From an uncultured delta proteobacterium (GTDB lineage: Bacteria; Myxococcota_A; Polyangia; Palsa-1104), in the NCBI GenBank assembly GCA_963785725.1, contig CAWAWS010000021.1, forward strand, positions 1 to 46,558: a stretch of DNA of 46,558 nt, written 5' to 3'. Positions within the stretch are counted from its first letter, which is position 1. Each line of letters starts with the position of its first letter. The position numbers and the translations under genes are program-made. This document shows, piece by piece, positions 29,757 to 40,085 of the stretch. Under the pieces are notes generated by a model. It did no database searches, had not been told where the DNA came from, and saw only the letters and a program-made list of their open reading frames with translations.

Positions 29757-32700
29757 ATGAAGCGGCTCTGGCTGGCGGTGCTGTTCGCGCAGTTGTTGTC
29801 GGTCTCCTGCCACGCGCCGTCGGCCGACGCCAAGGAGTCGGCCGCGCTCAACGACGCCGACGGGCTCTTCGCCAGCAGCCGCTACGACGCCGCGCTCGCC
29901 AAGTACGAAGCCGCGCTCGCCGGCCACGGCGACGAGCGCAGCCACACGCGCGCGCTCCTCGGCGCCATCGAATGCCAGACGGCGATGGGCCAGCCCGAGG
30001 CGGCGCTCGATCGCGTGCGCGCCGCCAAGCCGCCGTCCGACGCGGCGTTGCGCGGCATCTGGGCGCTCGGCCTCATCCAGGCGTTCCGGCACGTCGAGCA
30101 TTCGTACGGCTTTGCCGACGAGACCGAGGAGGGCGCGACCGGCTCGGCCAAGCTGTCGAAGGCAGCGGTGACGCGCGAGCTGGAGGCGGCGCTGCAGTCG
30201 CTGTGGACCGATCGGCAGGCGCTGGCCCGATCGCCGCTCGCCGACTGGAAGGACGTCTTGATCCTCGATGGCGTCGATTTCGTCAGCTATCCGTCGCTGT
30301 GGGACTTCGTGGCGCTCGAGCTGCAGGCCTATCTCCGCCAGCGGTCGGATGGGCGCGGCGCGACGGCGACGGCGGCGGCGACGGTAACGACGATCGACCC
30401 GCTGACGTTCACGGCCGCGCGCTTCGCCGGCAGCTTCGCCGCGACCGAGCCGCCGCTCGTGCGCCTGGGCGCGCTCGACGAAGCGAGCGCGCTACTCGAC
30501 GGCGGTCGCGTCGATCGCACCGTCGCGGCCGAGCGCTGGCGCGTGGCGCGCGTGCTCCTCGGCGCCGACGCGCACCTGCGCAGCTCGGCGCCGGCGTTCC
30601 GCGCCGCGGCCAGCGCGCGCCTGGCGGAGTGGGCGACGACGATGCAGACGCCGCTCGGCCGCGCCGACGCCGGCGCGCACGCCGCCGGCATGCTCGACAC
30701 GGACGATCACCGCGTGGAAGCGTTGGCGCTCATCGATCGCCTCCTGCCGAAGACGCCCGAGAGCGACGTCGCGGTCCGCTTGCGTCAGCTGCGCGCCGGG
30801 ATTCTGCAGCCCGATCTGCAGATGACGACGACGACGACGCGGCATGGCCACGAGGCGCTGCACGTGACGACGCGCAACCTGAGCCACGTCGAGCTCAGGC
30901 TCTATCACATCGACGCGATGCGCGAAGCCGGGCACGATCCGTGGTCGTCGACGCTCACCTCGCCGTCGCTGGCGCGGGTGGCGACGGCGCTGGCGAGCGA
31001 GAAGCCGGTCGCGCGCTGGTCGGTCGCCACCGGCGACAAAGGCGACCACTTGCCGGTCGCGCGCGCGCTCGATCTGCCGGCGCAAACGGCGCTCGGCCTC
31101 TATCTGGTCGTCGTCTGCGATGACGGAAAGTTCGCGCTCAACAGCTCGCTCATGCAGGCGGGCTTCGTCAACGTGACCGATCTGGCGATCGCGCGCGTGA
31201 ACGGAGACGAAGGCGTGCGCTTCTATGCCTTCGACGCGGATCGCCCGGAGCTGCCGGCGAACGTGACCTTCCACGTGAAGTCGAATTCCGAAGGGAGCAG
31301 CCCCGAGCAGAACGAGCAGCGGCCGAGCGGTCGCGAGGCGGTCGTCGAATGGCGCAATCAGCTGCCCGCGCACACGACCACCGACGTCGACGCGCTGGCC
31401 ACGCGCGGTGAGGCGGTGGCGCTGTTCGAGCATCCGCTGTGGGTGGGCCATCCGGATGGACTGCCGCCGATCGTGCTCTACGTCGCCACCGATCGGCCGA
31501 TCTATCGGCCGGGACAGACGCTGCACGCGCGTGCGACCTCGATCGAGCGGACCCACGACGGCGGTTTCAAGATCGACGCCAACCGCACGCTGCGCCTCTC
31601 CCTGCGCGACACGTCCGGCAAAGAGGTCGCGCACAAAGACGTCGTCACCGGCGCCATGGGATCGGTCGCGGCCGACTTCGCGCTGCCGTCGCAAGGGCTG
31701 CTCGGCGTCTTTCAGCTGCAGGTGACGGCGCCGCAAGTCCGCGACGCCTCGTGCGCGCAGGCCGTTCGCGTCGAGGAGTACAAGCGGCCCGAGTTCGAGG
31801 TGACGCTGGCCGCGCCGACCACCGCCGCGCACTACGGCCAAGCGGCGAAGCTGAGCGGCGACGTGAAGTATTACTTCGGCGGCGCCGTCACCGACGCCGC
31901 CGTCGCGTTCACGGTCTTCAGGCAGCGCTGGACTCCGTGGTGGTCTTGGCGCGCGCGCCGCAGCCCCAAGGTCGAGATCGCGCGCGGCCAGGTCAAGACC
32001 GACAAGAGCGGCCACTTCGACGTCAGCTTCACGGCCTCGCCCGATCCCGAGGTCACGCCGTCCGACGATCCCGACGCGCCCGAGGTGAGCGACTTCATCG
32101 TCGAGGTCGAGACGCACGACACGGGCGGTCGCACCATCACGGCCGAGCGCAGCCTGCGCGTCGGCCGGCAGGCGCTGCTGGTGCAAGTCGACAGCGGACA
32201 CGGCTTTTACTTCAGCAACGAGAGGCCGAGCCTGCAGGTCAAGGCGAGCAACCTGGAGGAGCAGCCGCAAGCGACGTCGCTGAGCTGGACGCTGGAGCGC
32301 CTGGGCGCGCCCGCGCCGCCGAGCACGAACGACGATGAGCCGCTGCAGGCGCGGCTGGCGCGCTACCCGACCGCTGACGCGCACGTGGCGAGCGGCCAAG
32401 TCACGACGACCACGACGAAGCCGACCGCCCTGCCGCTGCCGTCGCTGCCGGCGGGCGGCTATCGCGTGCGGCTGCGCGCGGGCGACGCCAAGGCGAGCTA
32501 CGCGTTTCTGGTCGTCGATGCCAAGACGCGGGCGCTGCCGCTGCCGCTGACGGCGCTGGCGTTGCCGCGCGACGCGGCCGCGCAGCCGGGCGAGAAAGTC
32601 GAGCTGCTGCTCGGCGACAGCGCGGGTACCGGCACGTACCACGTCGAGCTGTGGCGCGGACGGCGGCTCTTCGCCCATCGCGTCGAGCGCGGCGCGGCCC

Positions 32701-35684
32701 TGCGCGTCGTCACGATTTCCGTCGACGCGGCGTTGGCCGGCGGCTTCACGGCGCGCTGGATCGGCGCCAGCGGCTTACGCATCATCGGCGCCGACGCCAC
32801 CATCGCCGTCGCGCGCAAGGACAAAGCGCTGACGGTGGAGCTGGTCGGCAAGCCGGACGCGCTCGAGCCGGGGCAAAAGGCCAACTGGTCGCTGCACATT
32901 CGCGATGGCAAAGGGCGGCCGGTCGGCGGTGAAGCGCTGGTGACGATCTACGATCGCTCGCTCGAGCTGTACGCGCGCGACGAGCAGCGCTGGGCCGACG
33001 CGCTGTGGGCGCCGCCGGACAGCCCGTCACCGCGCGAGCAAGGCGTGCAGTCGAACGGCGCGCAGCAGCTGCCGGGCGATCGCGACGCCGAGGAGCGGCG
33101 CGACAAAGAGATCGCCGGCAGCTATCAGCCGCCGCGGTTGCCGCGTTTCGCCTGGGACGTCGCCGCCGAGCAAGGTGACTTCGGCAACGCCAGCAACCTC
33201 AGAGTCGGCGGCGGCGGCGGCCGCCAGTTCCTGTCGGCGCACCGGCCGATGCCGAACGTGATCGCGTTCGACAGCGCCCACGTGATGTTGGCGGCGGAGC
33301 GGAAGATGGCAGCGCCCGCCAGCAAGCGCGCGAGCGCGACGACGCCGGCACCCGCGCCGCCGCCACCGCCGCCAGGGCCGGCGACGCGCACGAACATGGC
33401 CGAGACCGCCCTCTTCGCGCCCGCGGTGCACATCGGCGACGACGGCCGCGGCGCCGTCGACTTCCGCGCGCCCGAGCGGCTGTCGAGCTGGCGCGTGCAG
33501 GTGCTGGCGCTCGGCCATCGCGTCGAAGCCGGGCGCGCCGAGGCGACGTTCGTGACGCACAAGCCGCTCATGGTGCGCGTCGAAATCCCGCGCTTCTTCC
33601 GCGAAGGTGACCGCTCGCAGGTGACGGCCGTCGTGCACAACGAGACGGCGCAGCCGCTGGCGGCCGACGTCGAGCTCGCCGTGCACGACGACGCCGGCGG
33701 CCACTCGGCGCTGGCCGCGCTCGGCATCGGCGAGCCCAAGCGCCACGTCGACGTCCCGGCGCACGGCCTCGTGGCTGTCGACTACGCCATCGTCGCGCCC
33801 GACAACATCGCGCATTACGTCGTGCACGCCGGCGCGCGCGCCGGTCGCCTCGCCGACGCCGAGGAGCGCGAGCTGCCGCTCTTGCCGTCACGCCAACGGC
33901 TCGTGCAGTCGCAGGTCGTGGCGCTGCGCGGAAACGATCAGAAGACGATCGACTTCACCGAGCTGAGCGCCAACAAGGACGCGTCGCTGCGCTCGGATTC
34001 GCTGACGGTGTCGATCGATCCCGAGCTGGCGCTGTCGGTGCTGCGCGCCATCCCGTCGCTCGTCGACAATCCCTACGAATGCGTGGAGCAGACGATCAAT
34101 CGCTATGTGCCGCTGGCGATCGTGGCGCGCGTCTACGCCCAGCATCCCGAGCTCGCGCGCGCGATCGCCGCCGCGCCCGCGCGCTCGACCGAGCACGAGC
34201 CGTGGAGCACGCCGCAAAACGACGCGCGTCGGCTCATGACGATGATGGAGACGCCGTGGCTGGCCGATGCGCAAGGCGGCGCGCGCGACGCACGGCTGCA
34301 GAGCCTGCTCGATCCGACGAACGTCGAGCGGATGGGCCAAGAGGCGCTCGCCAAGCTGACGCGCCTGCAGTCGAGCACGGGCGGCTTCGCGTGGTTTCCC
34401 GGCGGGCAGCCCAATTCGTACATGACGATGTACGTGCTCGAGCAGCTCGGCTTCTTGCAGGACTTCGGCATCGAGCCGCCGCGCACGGTCGTGACGCGCG
34501 CGCTCGACTATGTCGCGCACGATCTGGCGCAGCGGCCGCAGTCGCCGAAGCTGGAAGAAGCGTCGCTGGCGTCGCTGGCCTACGGCGCCTATGTCGTCAC
34601 CTCGTTCGACCTCGATCGCTATCCGGCGGCCAAGACGCTGCGCGCCGCCGCGCAGGCGTGGATGGAGCGCGTGCTCGCCAACAAGCCGCTGTTGACGCCG
34701 TTTGGTCGCGCCTGGTCGGCGCGCGTCATGGCGCGGCTGGGCGACAAGGCGACGGCGATGCAGCTGCTCGAGTCGGCGCTCGAAGGCGCCAAGCGCGATC
34801 CGCTCGTCGGCGTCTATTGGGCGCCCGAGCGTTATTCGTGGCGCTGGTATTCGGGCAGCATCGAGAAGCACGCCTTTTTCTTGCGCACCTTGGCCGAGCT
34901 GAAGCCGAACGACGAGCGCGTGCCGGGCATGCTGCAGTGGCTCCTGTTCAACCGCAAAGGCAATGAGTGGCATTCGACGAAGGCATCGGCGGCCGCGGTC
35001 TATTCGATCTTGGGGCTGATGCAGAAACAGGGTGCGCTGACGCAGCCGGAAAAATTCCACGTCGTGTGGGACAAGCAAGAGGAGCTGGTGACGGTCAAGC
35101 CGACCGAAGATCGCCGGCAGCCGCTGCAGTGGACCGTGCGCGGCCGCGACGTGACGCCGGCGCGCGGCAAGGTCGAGGTCGGCAAGAGCGGCCCCGGCAT
35201 CGCCTTCGCATCGGCGACCTGGGTCTACTCGTCGACGAAGCTGCAGGCGGCGCACGGATCGGCGCTGCTCGACCTTCAGCGCGTCTATTATCGCCGCGTG
35301 CGCGAGGCCGACGGCGACCACTTGGTGCCGCTTCAGTCGGGCGATCGCGTCCACGTCGGCGACGATCTCGAGGTGCGGCTGACCGTGAAGTCCAAGTCGC
35401 AGCTGGAGTTCGTGCACGTCCAAGAGCCGCGCGGCGCCGGGTTCGAGGAGACGACGCTGACCTCGGGCTATCGCTGGAATCGCGTGCCGGCGTACGAAGA
35501 GCCGCGCGATACGCTGTTCAACTTCTTCCTCGATTGGCTGCCGGAGGGCGAGGTCGAGCTGCGCCATTCGCTGCGTCCGACGACGCCCGGCCGCTACCGC
35601 ATCGGCTCGGCCGTGGTGCAATCGATGTACTCGCCCGATGTCGCCGCGTTCAGCGCCGGCCTGGAGCTGGAAGTCGTCAGATAG
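29757..35684 (+). CDS. Bacterial alpha-2-macroglobulin family lipoprotein (1975 aa)
   Basis: Lipobox-like LLSVSC; TDRPIYRPG, VEEYKRPEFEV, Pro-rich bait-like stretch, ETALFAP, PRFFREGD, thioester PYECVEQ, GGFAWFPG, QSMYSP. Confidence 0.92.
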   Translation: MKRLWLAVLFAQLLSVSCHAPSADAKESAALNDADGLFASSRYDAALAKYEAALAGHGDERSHTRALLGAIECQTAMGQPEAALDRVRAAKPPSDAALRGIWALGLIQAFRHVEHSYGFADETEEGATGSAKLSKAAVTRELEAALQSLWTDRQALARSPLADWKDVLILDGVDFVSYPSLWDFVALELQAYLRQRSDGRGATATAAATVTTIDPLTFTAARFAGSFAATEPPLVRLGALDEASALLDGGRVDRTVAAERWRVARVLLGADAHLRSSAPAFRAAASARLAEWATTMQTPLGRADAGAHAAGMLDTDDHRVEALALIDRLLPKTPESDVAVRLRQLRAGILQPDLQMTTTTTRHGHEALHVTTRNLSHVELRLYHIDAMREAGHDPWSSTLTSPSLARVATALASEKPVARWSVATGDKGDHLPVARALDLPAQTALGLYLVVVCDDGKFALNSSLMQAGFVNVTDLAIARVNGDEGVRFYAFDADRPELPANVTFHVKSNSEGSSPEQNEQRPSGREAVVEWRNQLPAHTTTDVDALATRGEAVALFEHPLWVGHPDGLPPIVLYVATDRPIYRPGQTLHARATSIERTHDGGFKIDANRTLRLSLRDTSGKEVAHKDVVTGAMGSVAADFALPSQGLLGVFQLQVTAPQVRDASCAQAVRVEEYKRPEFEVTLAAPTTAAHYGQAAKLSGDVKYYFGGAVTDAAVAFTVFRQRWTPWWSWRARRSPKVEIARGQVKTDKSGHFDVSFTASPDPEVTPSDDPDAPEVSDFIVEVETHDTGGRTITAERSLRVGRQALLVQVDSGHGFYFSNERPSLQVKASNLEEQPQATSLSWTLERLGAPAPPSTNDDEPLQARLARYPTADAHVASGQVTTTTTKPTALPLPSLPAGGYRVRLRAGDAKASYAFLVVDAKTRALPLPLTALALPRDAAAQPGEKVELLLGDSAGTGTYHVELWRGRRLFAHRVERGAALRVVTISVDAALAGGFTARWIGASGLRIIGADATIAVARKDKALTVELVGKPDALEPGQKANWSLHIRDGKGRPVGGEALVTIYDRSLELYARDEQRWADALWAPPDSPSPREQGVQSNGAQQLPGDRDAEERRDKEIAGSYQPPRLPRFAWDVAAEQGDFGNASNLRVGGGGGRQFLSAHRPMPNVIAFDSAHVMLAAERKMAAPASKRASATTPAPAPPPPPPGPATRTNMAETALFAPAVHIGDDGRGAVDFRAPERLSSWRVQVLALGHRVEAGRAEATFVTHKPLMVRVEIPRFFREGDRSQVTAVVHNETAQPLAADVELAVHDDAGGHSALAALGIGEPKRHVDVPAHGLVAVDYAIVAPDNIAHYVVHAGARAGRLADAEERELPLLPSRQRLVQSQVVALRGNDQKTIDFTELSANKDASLRSDSLTVSIDPELALSVLRAIPSLVDNPYECVEQTINRYVPLAIVARVYAQHPELARAIAAAPARSTEHEPWSTPQNDARRLMTMMETPWLADAQGGARDARLQSLLDPTNVERMGQEALAKLTRLQSSTGGFAWFPGGQPNSYMTMYVLEQLGFLQDFGIEPPRTVVTRALDYVAHDLAQRPQSPKLEEASLASLAYGAYVVTSFDLDRYPAAKTLRAAAQAWMERVLANKPLLTPFGRAWSARVMARLGDKATAMQLLESALEGAKRDPLVGVYWAPERYSWRWYSGSIEKHAFFLRTLAELKPNDERVPGMLQWLLFNRKGNEWHSTKASAAAVYSILGLMQKQGALTQPEKFHVVWDKQEELVTVKPTEDRRQPLQWTVRGRDVTPARGKVEVGKSGPGIAFASATWVYSSTKLQAAHGSALLDLQRVYYRRVREADGDHLVPLQSGDRVHVGDDLEVRLTVKSKSQLEFVHVQEPRGAGFEETTLTSGYRWNRVPAYEEPRDTLFNFFLDWLPEGEVELRHSLRPTTPGRYRIGSAVVQSMYSPDVAAFSAGLELEVVR

Positions 35685-35740
35685 AGTGCGACAGGCTGTT
35701 GAATCGGCGCGCGGAGCGTGCTACTTACCTGCGGCCGTTG

Positions 35741-35813
35741 GGGCCTGTAGCTCAGTCGGTAGAGCAGCGGCCTTTTAAGCCGTTGGTCGTGGGTTCAAAT
35801 CCCACCGGGCTCA
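35741..35813 (+). tRNA. tRNA-Lys (anticodon TTT); CCA not encoded
   Basis: Acceptor GGGCCTG/CGGGCTC-A; D arm GCTCAGTCGGTAGAGC; anticodon arm GCGGC-CTTTTAA-GCCGT; T arm GTGGG-TTCAAAT-CCCAC. Confidence 0.96.
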
Positions 35814-35888
35814 CTCTACTCAACACCTCGAATTCACCCGCCTTCCAGCTCTCTCACCGGGGCCTTGCGCCCGCTATGTTGGGCAATC

Positions 35889-35947
35889 CTACGGACCCAA
35901 TTCGGCCGACGGCCGCGTGCGGCTGCTCGCGGCCGAATTGGGCGTAG
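35889..35947. terminator. Long hairpin between the tRNA and the convergent lipoprotein gene
   Basis: CCCAATTCGGCCG (35896-35908) pairs perfectly with CGGCCGAATTGGG (35930-35942), extended by CTACG/CGTAG. No poly-T tail. Confidence 0.5.
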
Positions 35948-36014
35948 CGTTCGGTCATGACGACGCGCGCGTGGGCTTTCGGCCGCTGCGGCGCTCTCGA
36001 CGGTTTCGCTGCCG

Positions 36015-36713
36015 CTAATAGCAGTCGAGCTCGTACACCACCGGGCCGGCGGTGCCGTTGTAGAACTCGAAGTGCAGGTGTGTCAGATCGCTGTTGAGCG
36101 TCAGCCCGGAGATGGTGTCGGGCGTCGTCGAGAACGAGAGATAGAGCTGACCGCTGATCGTGCCGTCCGAGTCGAGGTTGGTCAGGTGGTAGCTGTCGCT
36201 CTCGGGGTTGCTGTCGTAATAGAACGGCGGTACCGCCCAGCCGGCGGCCGACGAGTCTAGCGTTCGCGCAAAGTAGCTGCTCGACGTGAAGTCGATCTCG
36301 ACGGTCCACGACGGCGCCAGCGCCCAAGGCGAGGTCGCGTAGCCGCGCCAATTGGCGACGACGCCGTATTGCGCGCGCTTGAACGGGTCCGCGGTGCCCG
36401 GATCGGAACCGGTGCGGCCGCACGGGATCGGCGCGGGGGGGATCGGTCCGAGGTCGGGTCCGCCCTTGACGAAGCCGTCGCTCGCGGAGCCGTCGGGCCA
36501 GAGACCGAAATCTGGGAAACCACCGCCGCCGCCGCCGGGGGCGAGATCCGGGCTCGCATCCCCGCCGCCGCCTACGCCGCCACCGCCAACTCCACCGCCG
36601 CCGGCCGTGCCGCCGCCAGCCGTGCCACCGCCGCCGGGGTCGAGTGGCTGAGTCCGGCACGCGGTCGAGGCGAGGACGCCGCTGACGACGAGGCTCATCG
36701 CGAGCGAGCGCAT
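36015..36713 (-). CDS. Hypothetical lipoprotein with a Gly-rich/PD(L/F) linker
   Basis: MRSLAMSLVVSGVLASTAC lipobox; poly-Gly; PDLA/PDFG/PDLG linker; beta-rich C-terminal domain bracketed by two Cys. Confidence 0.65.
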   Translation of the reverse strand: MRSLAMSLVVSGVLASTACRTQPLDPGGGGTAGGGTAGGGGVGGGGVGGGGDASPDLAPGGGGGGFPDFGLWPDGSASDGFVKGGPDLGPIPPAPIPCGRTGSDPGTADPFKRAQYGVVANWRGYATSPWALAPSWTVEIDFTSSSYFARTLDSSAAGWAVPPFYYDSNPESDSYHLTNLDSDGTISGQLYLSFSTTPDTISGLTLNSDLTHLHFEFYNGTAGPVVYELDCY

Positions 36714-36979
36714 GCGCGAGCGCGAGACCAGGACGATGCCGACCTCGTGTGCGTCGTGATGACCACGGGGCAGCTCTTCCTCGATCTTCGCCATGTCTTC
36801 GAGTAGGGAATGCGGCCGCGGACGAGTCAAGAGACGCAGCGCACAGTCTCCGTCAGTCGCGCAGCGCCGCCACCGCCTTCGCCTGCGTCGCTAGCCCAAC
36901 GGCTCACTCGGTTCGCTTCCACCGAGCGACACCGAAGCTCGCCGCGCGGCCTGCGCCGGAGCGCGGCCAACTTCGCCTT

Positions 36980-37275
36980 CTACTTGCCGAGCTGCGCCCA
37001 GAAGTCGCATTGGGCCGTGCGCACGCCGTTGGCGGCCGCTTGTACGTCGTCGAGCAGCAGCACCGTGTCGGCGGCGGCGTCGTACAGCGGCCACGTCACC
37101 GCGCCGGCGCCGTCGGGATCGCCGGTGGCCGCGAAGCGCGACCAATAGCCGTCGATGGCGTCCGACAGCTGCAGCTCGCCCGCGCTCGCCACGTAGCTGC
37201 CGAAATCGAGCTGCCGAAACAGCATCAACAGCTCGTTCGCAATCGTCATGCCGCGCCGAAACCCCAGTGCTGCGT
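36980..37275 (-). pseudogene. C-terminal remnant of a type-B carboxylesterase
   Basis: ELLMLF ... YWSRFAATGDP ... WPLYD ... CDFW match the COesterase C-terminus. The catalytic Ser region is absent and the catalytic His region is scrambled. Confidence 0.75.
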
Positions 37276-37345
37276 GAAGTTGCCGTCGCTGCGACAAGTC
37301 TGCGCGTCTCGCTGCCGAGCCGGCGCGTCTCACGGCGACGCGCGG

Positions 37346-38020
37346 TCAGCGCAGCTTGACGCCCATCGCCAGCCCCTCGGCGGTGGGGATCATCGTCGCC
37401 CGCCAGCGCTCGGAGCGGCCGAGCCGCGCGCTCGTCTCGGCCAGCGCGCGCACGCTCTCGACGCTGCCGCCCTTGTAATGGTCGGGATCGACGACGCCGC
37501 CCCAGCCGAACGCGTTGTCGCACAAGACGACGCCGCCGACGCGCAAATGCTCCTCGGCCCATGTGAGATAGGCGGGATAGCTGACCTTGTCGGCGTCGAT
37601 GAAGACGAGGTCGAACGGCCCGTCGCCCTCGATCTTGCGCAAATTGTCGAGCGCGGCGCCGATGTGGATGCGCACGCGATCGGCGAAGCCGGCACGCTTG
37701 AACGTCTCCTGCGCGACGGCGGCGTGGCGCGGCTCGAACTCGAACGTCTCGAGCCGTCCGCCGTCGCCGAGGCCGCGCAGGATGCACGTGCCCGAGTAGC
37801 CGCCGAGCGTGCCGATCTCGACCGCCCGCTTGGCGCCGATGGCGCGCGCCAGCACTTCCAGGTGCAGGCCGTCCATCGTGCCGACGGCGATCGCCGGCAG
37901 GCCCGCCGCCTCCGAGCGCGTGCGCACGTCGACGAGCAGCGTATCCTCGGGATGGAACGTGCGCTCGGCCCAACGCGCCAACGCCGGGTCACCTTGGCCG
38001 AAGCCTTTGTCGTTCGCCAT
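37346..38020 (-). CDS. SAM-dependent O-methyltransferase (COMT/CCoAOMT-like)
   Basis: VEIGTLGGYS, FDLVFIDADK, LCDN. Confidence 0.92.
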   Translation of the reverse strand: MANDKGFGQGDPALARWAERTFHPEDTLLVDVRTRSEAAGLPAIAVGTMDGLHLEVLARAIGAKRAVEIGTLGGYSGTCILRGLGDGGRLETFEFEPRHAAVAQETFKRAGFADRVRIHIGAALDNLRKIEGDGPFDLVFIDADKVSYPAYLTWAEEHLRVGGVVLCDNAFGWGGVVDPDHYKGGSVESVRALAETSARLGRSERWRATMIPTAEGLAMGVKLR

Positions 38021-38321
38021 GCTGACGAGTATAGCGACGCCCCGTCGCAGACGCGAAGAAGGCGGAAATGGGCGCAATTGTGCCGTAACCGCATCGGCGT
38101 ATGCGTATTCTCACCTCGGGAGCGCTGACACCGACTGGGGTGTCGCACTGGGGGAAATGGCTCCAACTGTCCATCATTGCGAGCAATTCCGGCACAGCCA
38201 AGCGCGGGCCTGAGCAGCAATAGCGGAAGACCGGAGAATGGGTCCCCCAAGCGTAAATTCACCAGTTACAATGATAGGCAAGGTTACGGTGCAAGCTGCC
38301 GATAGCGTTAACACGTGACAT

Positions 38322-38337
38322 TGGCCACGGCATTGCA
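38322..38337 (+). promoter_or_regulatory. Putative sigma54 promoter of the orphan sensor kinase
   Basis: TGGCCACGGCATTGCA: GG-N10-GC with TTGCA. Palindrome GACACC-N6-GGTGTC at 38127-38144 is a candidate enhancer. Confidence 0.55.
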
Positions 38338-38346
38338 CCACGCACT

Positions 38347-39702
38347 GTGCAGGAACAACACTTGCGAGACGAACAAGGTCACTTGACCGTAGGCAGCGAG
38401 CTCCCCGTCGACGACGTCGCGCTCGATGAGCATCTGCGTGCCGTGGCGTTTCGTCACGGGCGCGTGGCCGTGCTCTTCCTGACCGTGTTCGTCGGCGCGT
38501 TGTGGCCGACCGATTGGTACGTCTTCGGCGGCCAGCACGAAGTGCAGCACGTCGTCGGCGCGCTGCGCCTCGCCATCATCACCACCTGCGGCACCTGCTT
38601 CGCGCTCCTCAACACGAGCTGGGGCGCGCGCAAGCCCAACCTCATCCTCGGCCTGTGCGGCGCCAGCATCCTCTTCGCCATCGGTTGGTTCCTCGGCAAG
38701 CTCGGCAACCCCGATCAGCCGTGGGATCATCTCGCGTATCCGGCGCTCTTCTTCAGCGTGCTGGCGCCGGTGCGGCTCGGCCATCGCTTCTTGCTCGTCG
38801 GTGCGCTCACGTTCGCGCTCTTGACCGGCTTCGTCTGGTCGTTCCCGCAGCATTTCCACGCGCCGATGTGTGGGCTGCTCATCAGCTTCATGGTGTCGCT
38901 GGCGTTCATGGTCGTCGCCGTCGGCAATCTGTCGTTCAAGGTGATGCGGCAGTCGTTCTATCAGTCGCTGGCGCTGGAAGGCGCGTCGCGCGAGCTGGCC
39001 GACGTCAACGAGCAGCTCGAAGCGCGCGTGCGCACGCAGACGCACGATCTGCGGCGCCTGGCGCAGCACCTCGAGCACGCGCGCGAAGAGGAGCGCACCC
39101 GCATCGCGCGCGAGCTGCACGACGAGCTCGGCCAGCAGCTGACGGCGCTCAATCTGACGCTGGCCCTCACGCAGCAGCGCGTGACCGAAGGGCCGCAGCG
39201 CATTCGCGCCAACTTGTCGGAGCTCGAGTCGCTGCTCAAGCGCACGCACGCGACGGTTCGGCAATTGGTGACCGAGCTGCGGCCGCTGCCGTTCGATCAG
39301 CTCGGCTTGCCCGAAGCGATCGAGTGGCTGGCGCGGCAGACCGAGCAGCGCGCGCAGATCCGCTGCAAAGTGGTGAGCGAGAAGCTCGATGGGCTGTCGC
39401 CGGCGGTGAGCACGGCGGCGTTCCGCGTCGTGCAAGAGGCGCTGACCAACGTCGCGCGCCACGCGCGCTGCAAGTCGGTGGAGATCGTGGCCGTCGTGCG
39501 CGATGGGCAGCTGATGCTGTCGATCTCCGACGACGGCGTGGGCTTGCCGCCGCTGGCGCGTCCGACCGGCTTCGGGCTCATCGGCATTCGCGAGCGCGTG
39601 GCCAATCTGTCGGGCCGCCTGGAATTGCGCGAGCGGCCGGGCGGCGGCACCACGGTCGCCGTCAGCGTCCCGTTAGCGCACGCCGAAGCCCAGGTCAGCT
39701 AA
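38347..39702 (+). CDS. Multi-TM NarX/DesK-type sensor histidine kinase (HisKA_3)
   Basis: About six TM helices, EERTRIARELHDELGQ, FRVVQEALTNVARHA, DDGVG, GFGLIGIRER. Start codon uncertain. Confidence 0.9.
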   Translation: MQEQHLRDEQGHLTVGSELPVDDVALDEHLRAVAFRHGRVAVLFLTVFVGALWPTDWYVFGGQHEVQHVVGALRLAIITTCGTCFALLNTSWGARKPNLILGLCGASILFAIGWFLGKLGNPDQPWDHLAYPALFFSVLAPVRLGHRFLLVGALTFALLTGFVWSFPQHFHAPMCGLLISFMVSLAFMVVAVGNLSFKVMRQSFYQSLALEGASRELADVNEQLEARVRTQTHDLRRLAQHLEHAREEERTRIARELHDELGQQLTALNLTLALTQQRVTEGPQRIRANLSELESLLKRTHATVRQLVTELRPLPFDQLGLPEAIEWLARQTEQRAQIRCKVVSEKLDGLSPAVSTAAFRVVQEALTNVARHARCKSVEIVAVVRDGQLMLSISDDGVGLPPLARPTGFGLIGIRERVANLSGRLELRERPGGGTTVAVSVPLAHAEAQVS

Positions 39703-39782
39703 CTCAGCCAGCACGCTGATTTAGCATCTACAACAGGGCGCAAGCGCTTTTGCGCGCTCGATTCAGAATCGCGACGGGTCAT

Positions 39783-40085
39783 TCAACGTGCGAGATACCA
39801 GTGCGCGCCGAAGCCGAGCGCGATGGCCAAGGCGACGAAGAGCGCGAAGCCGATGACGGCGCGCCCGAGCTGGCCCGGCGGCGCCAGCGCCGGCCCCATG
39901 CTCGACGACGGCGGCTGAAACAGCAGCGGGAAGTGCTCGGCGCGCGCGGGCTCGTTCATCCCCTGCGCCCACACGCGCGTGTCGCGGCCCAGGATTCCCG
40001 CCCGTACCAGCCATTGCAGCTCGGCCAGCGCGATGGGCCCGATGCGCTCGTGGTCCGTCTCGAAGAACCAACCTTCGACGTCCAT
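39783..40085 (-). CDS. GYF_2/DUF4339 domain membrane protein
   Basis: WFF ... GPIALAEL ... GILGRDTRVWAQGM, with a C-terminal TM helix. Confidence 0.75.
   Translation of the reverse strand: MDVEGWFFETDHERIGPIALAELQWLVRAGILGRDTRVWAQGMNEPARAEHFPLLFQPPSSSMGPALAPPGQLGRAVIGFALFVALAIALGFGAHWYLAR

Noticed and set aside
38080..38320. Possible riboswitch/ncRNA in the long intergenic region
   Set aside because: No known riboswitch motif recognised; better explained as a divergent promoter/enhancer region. An Rfam search would settle it.
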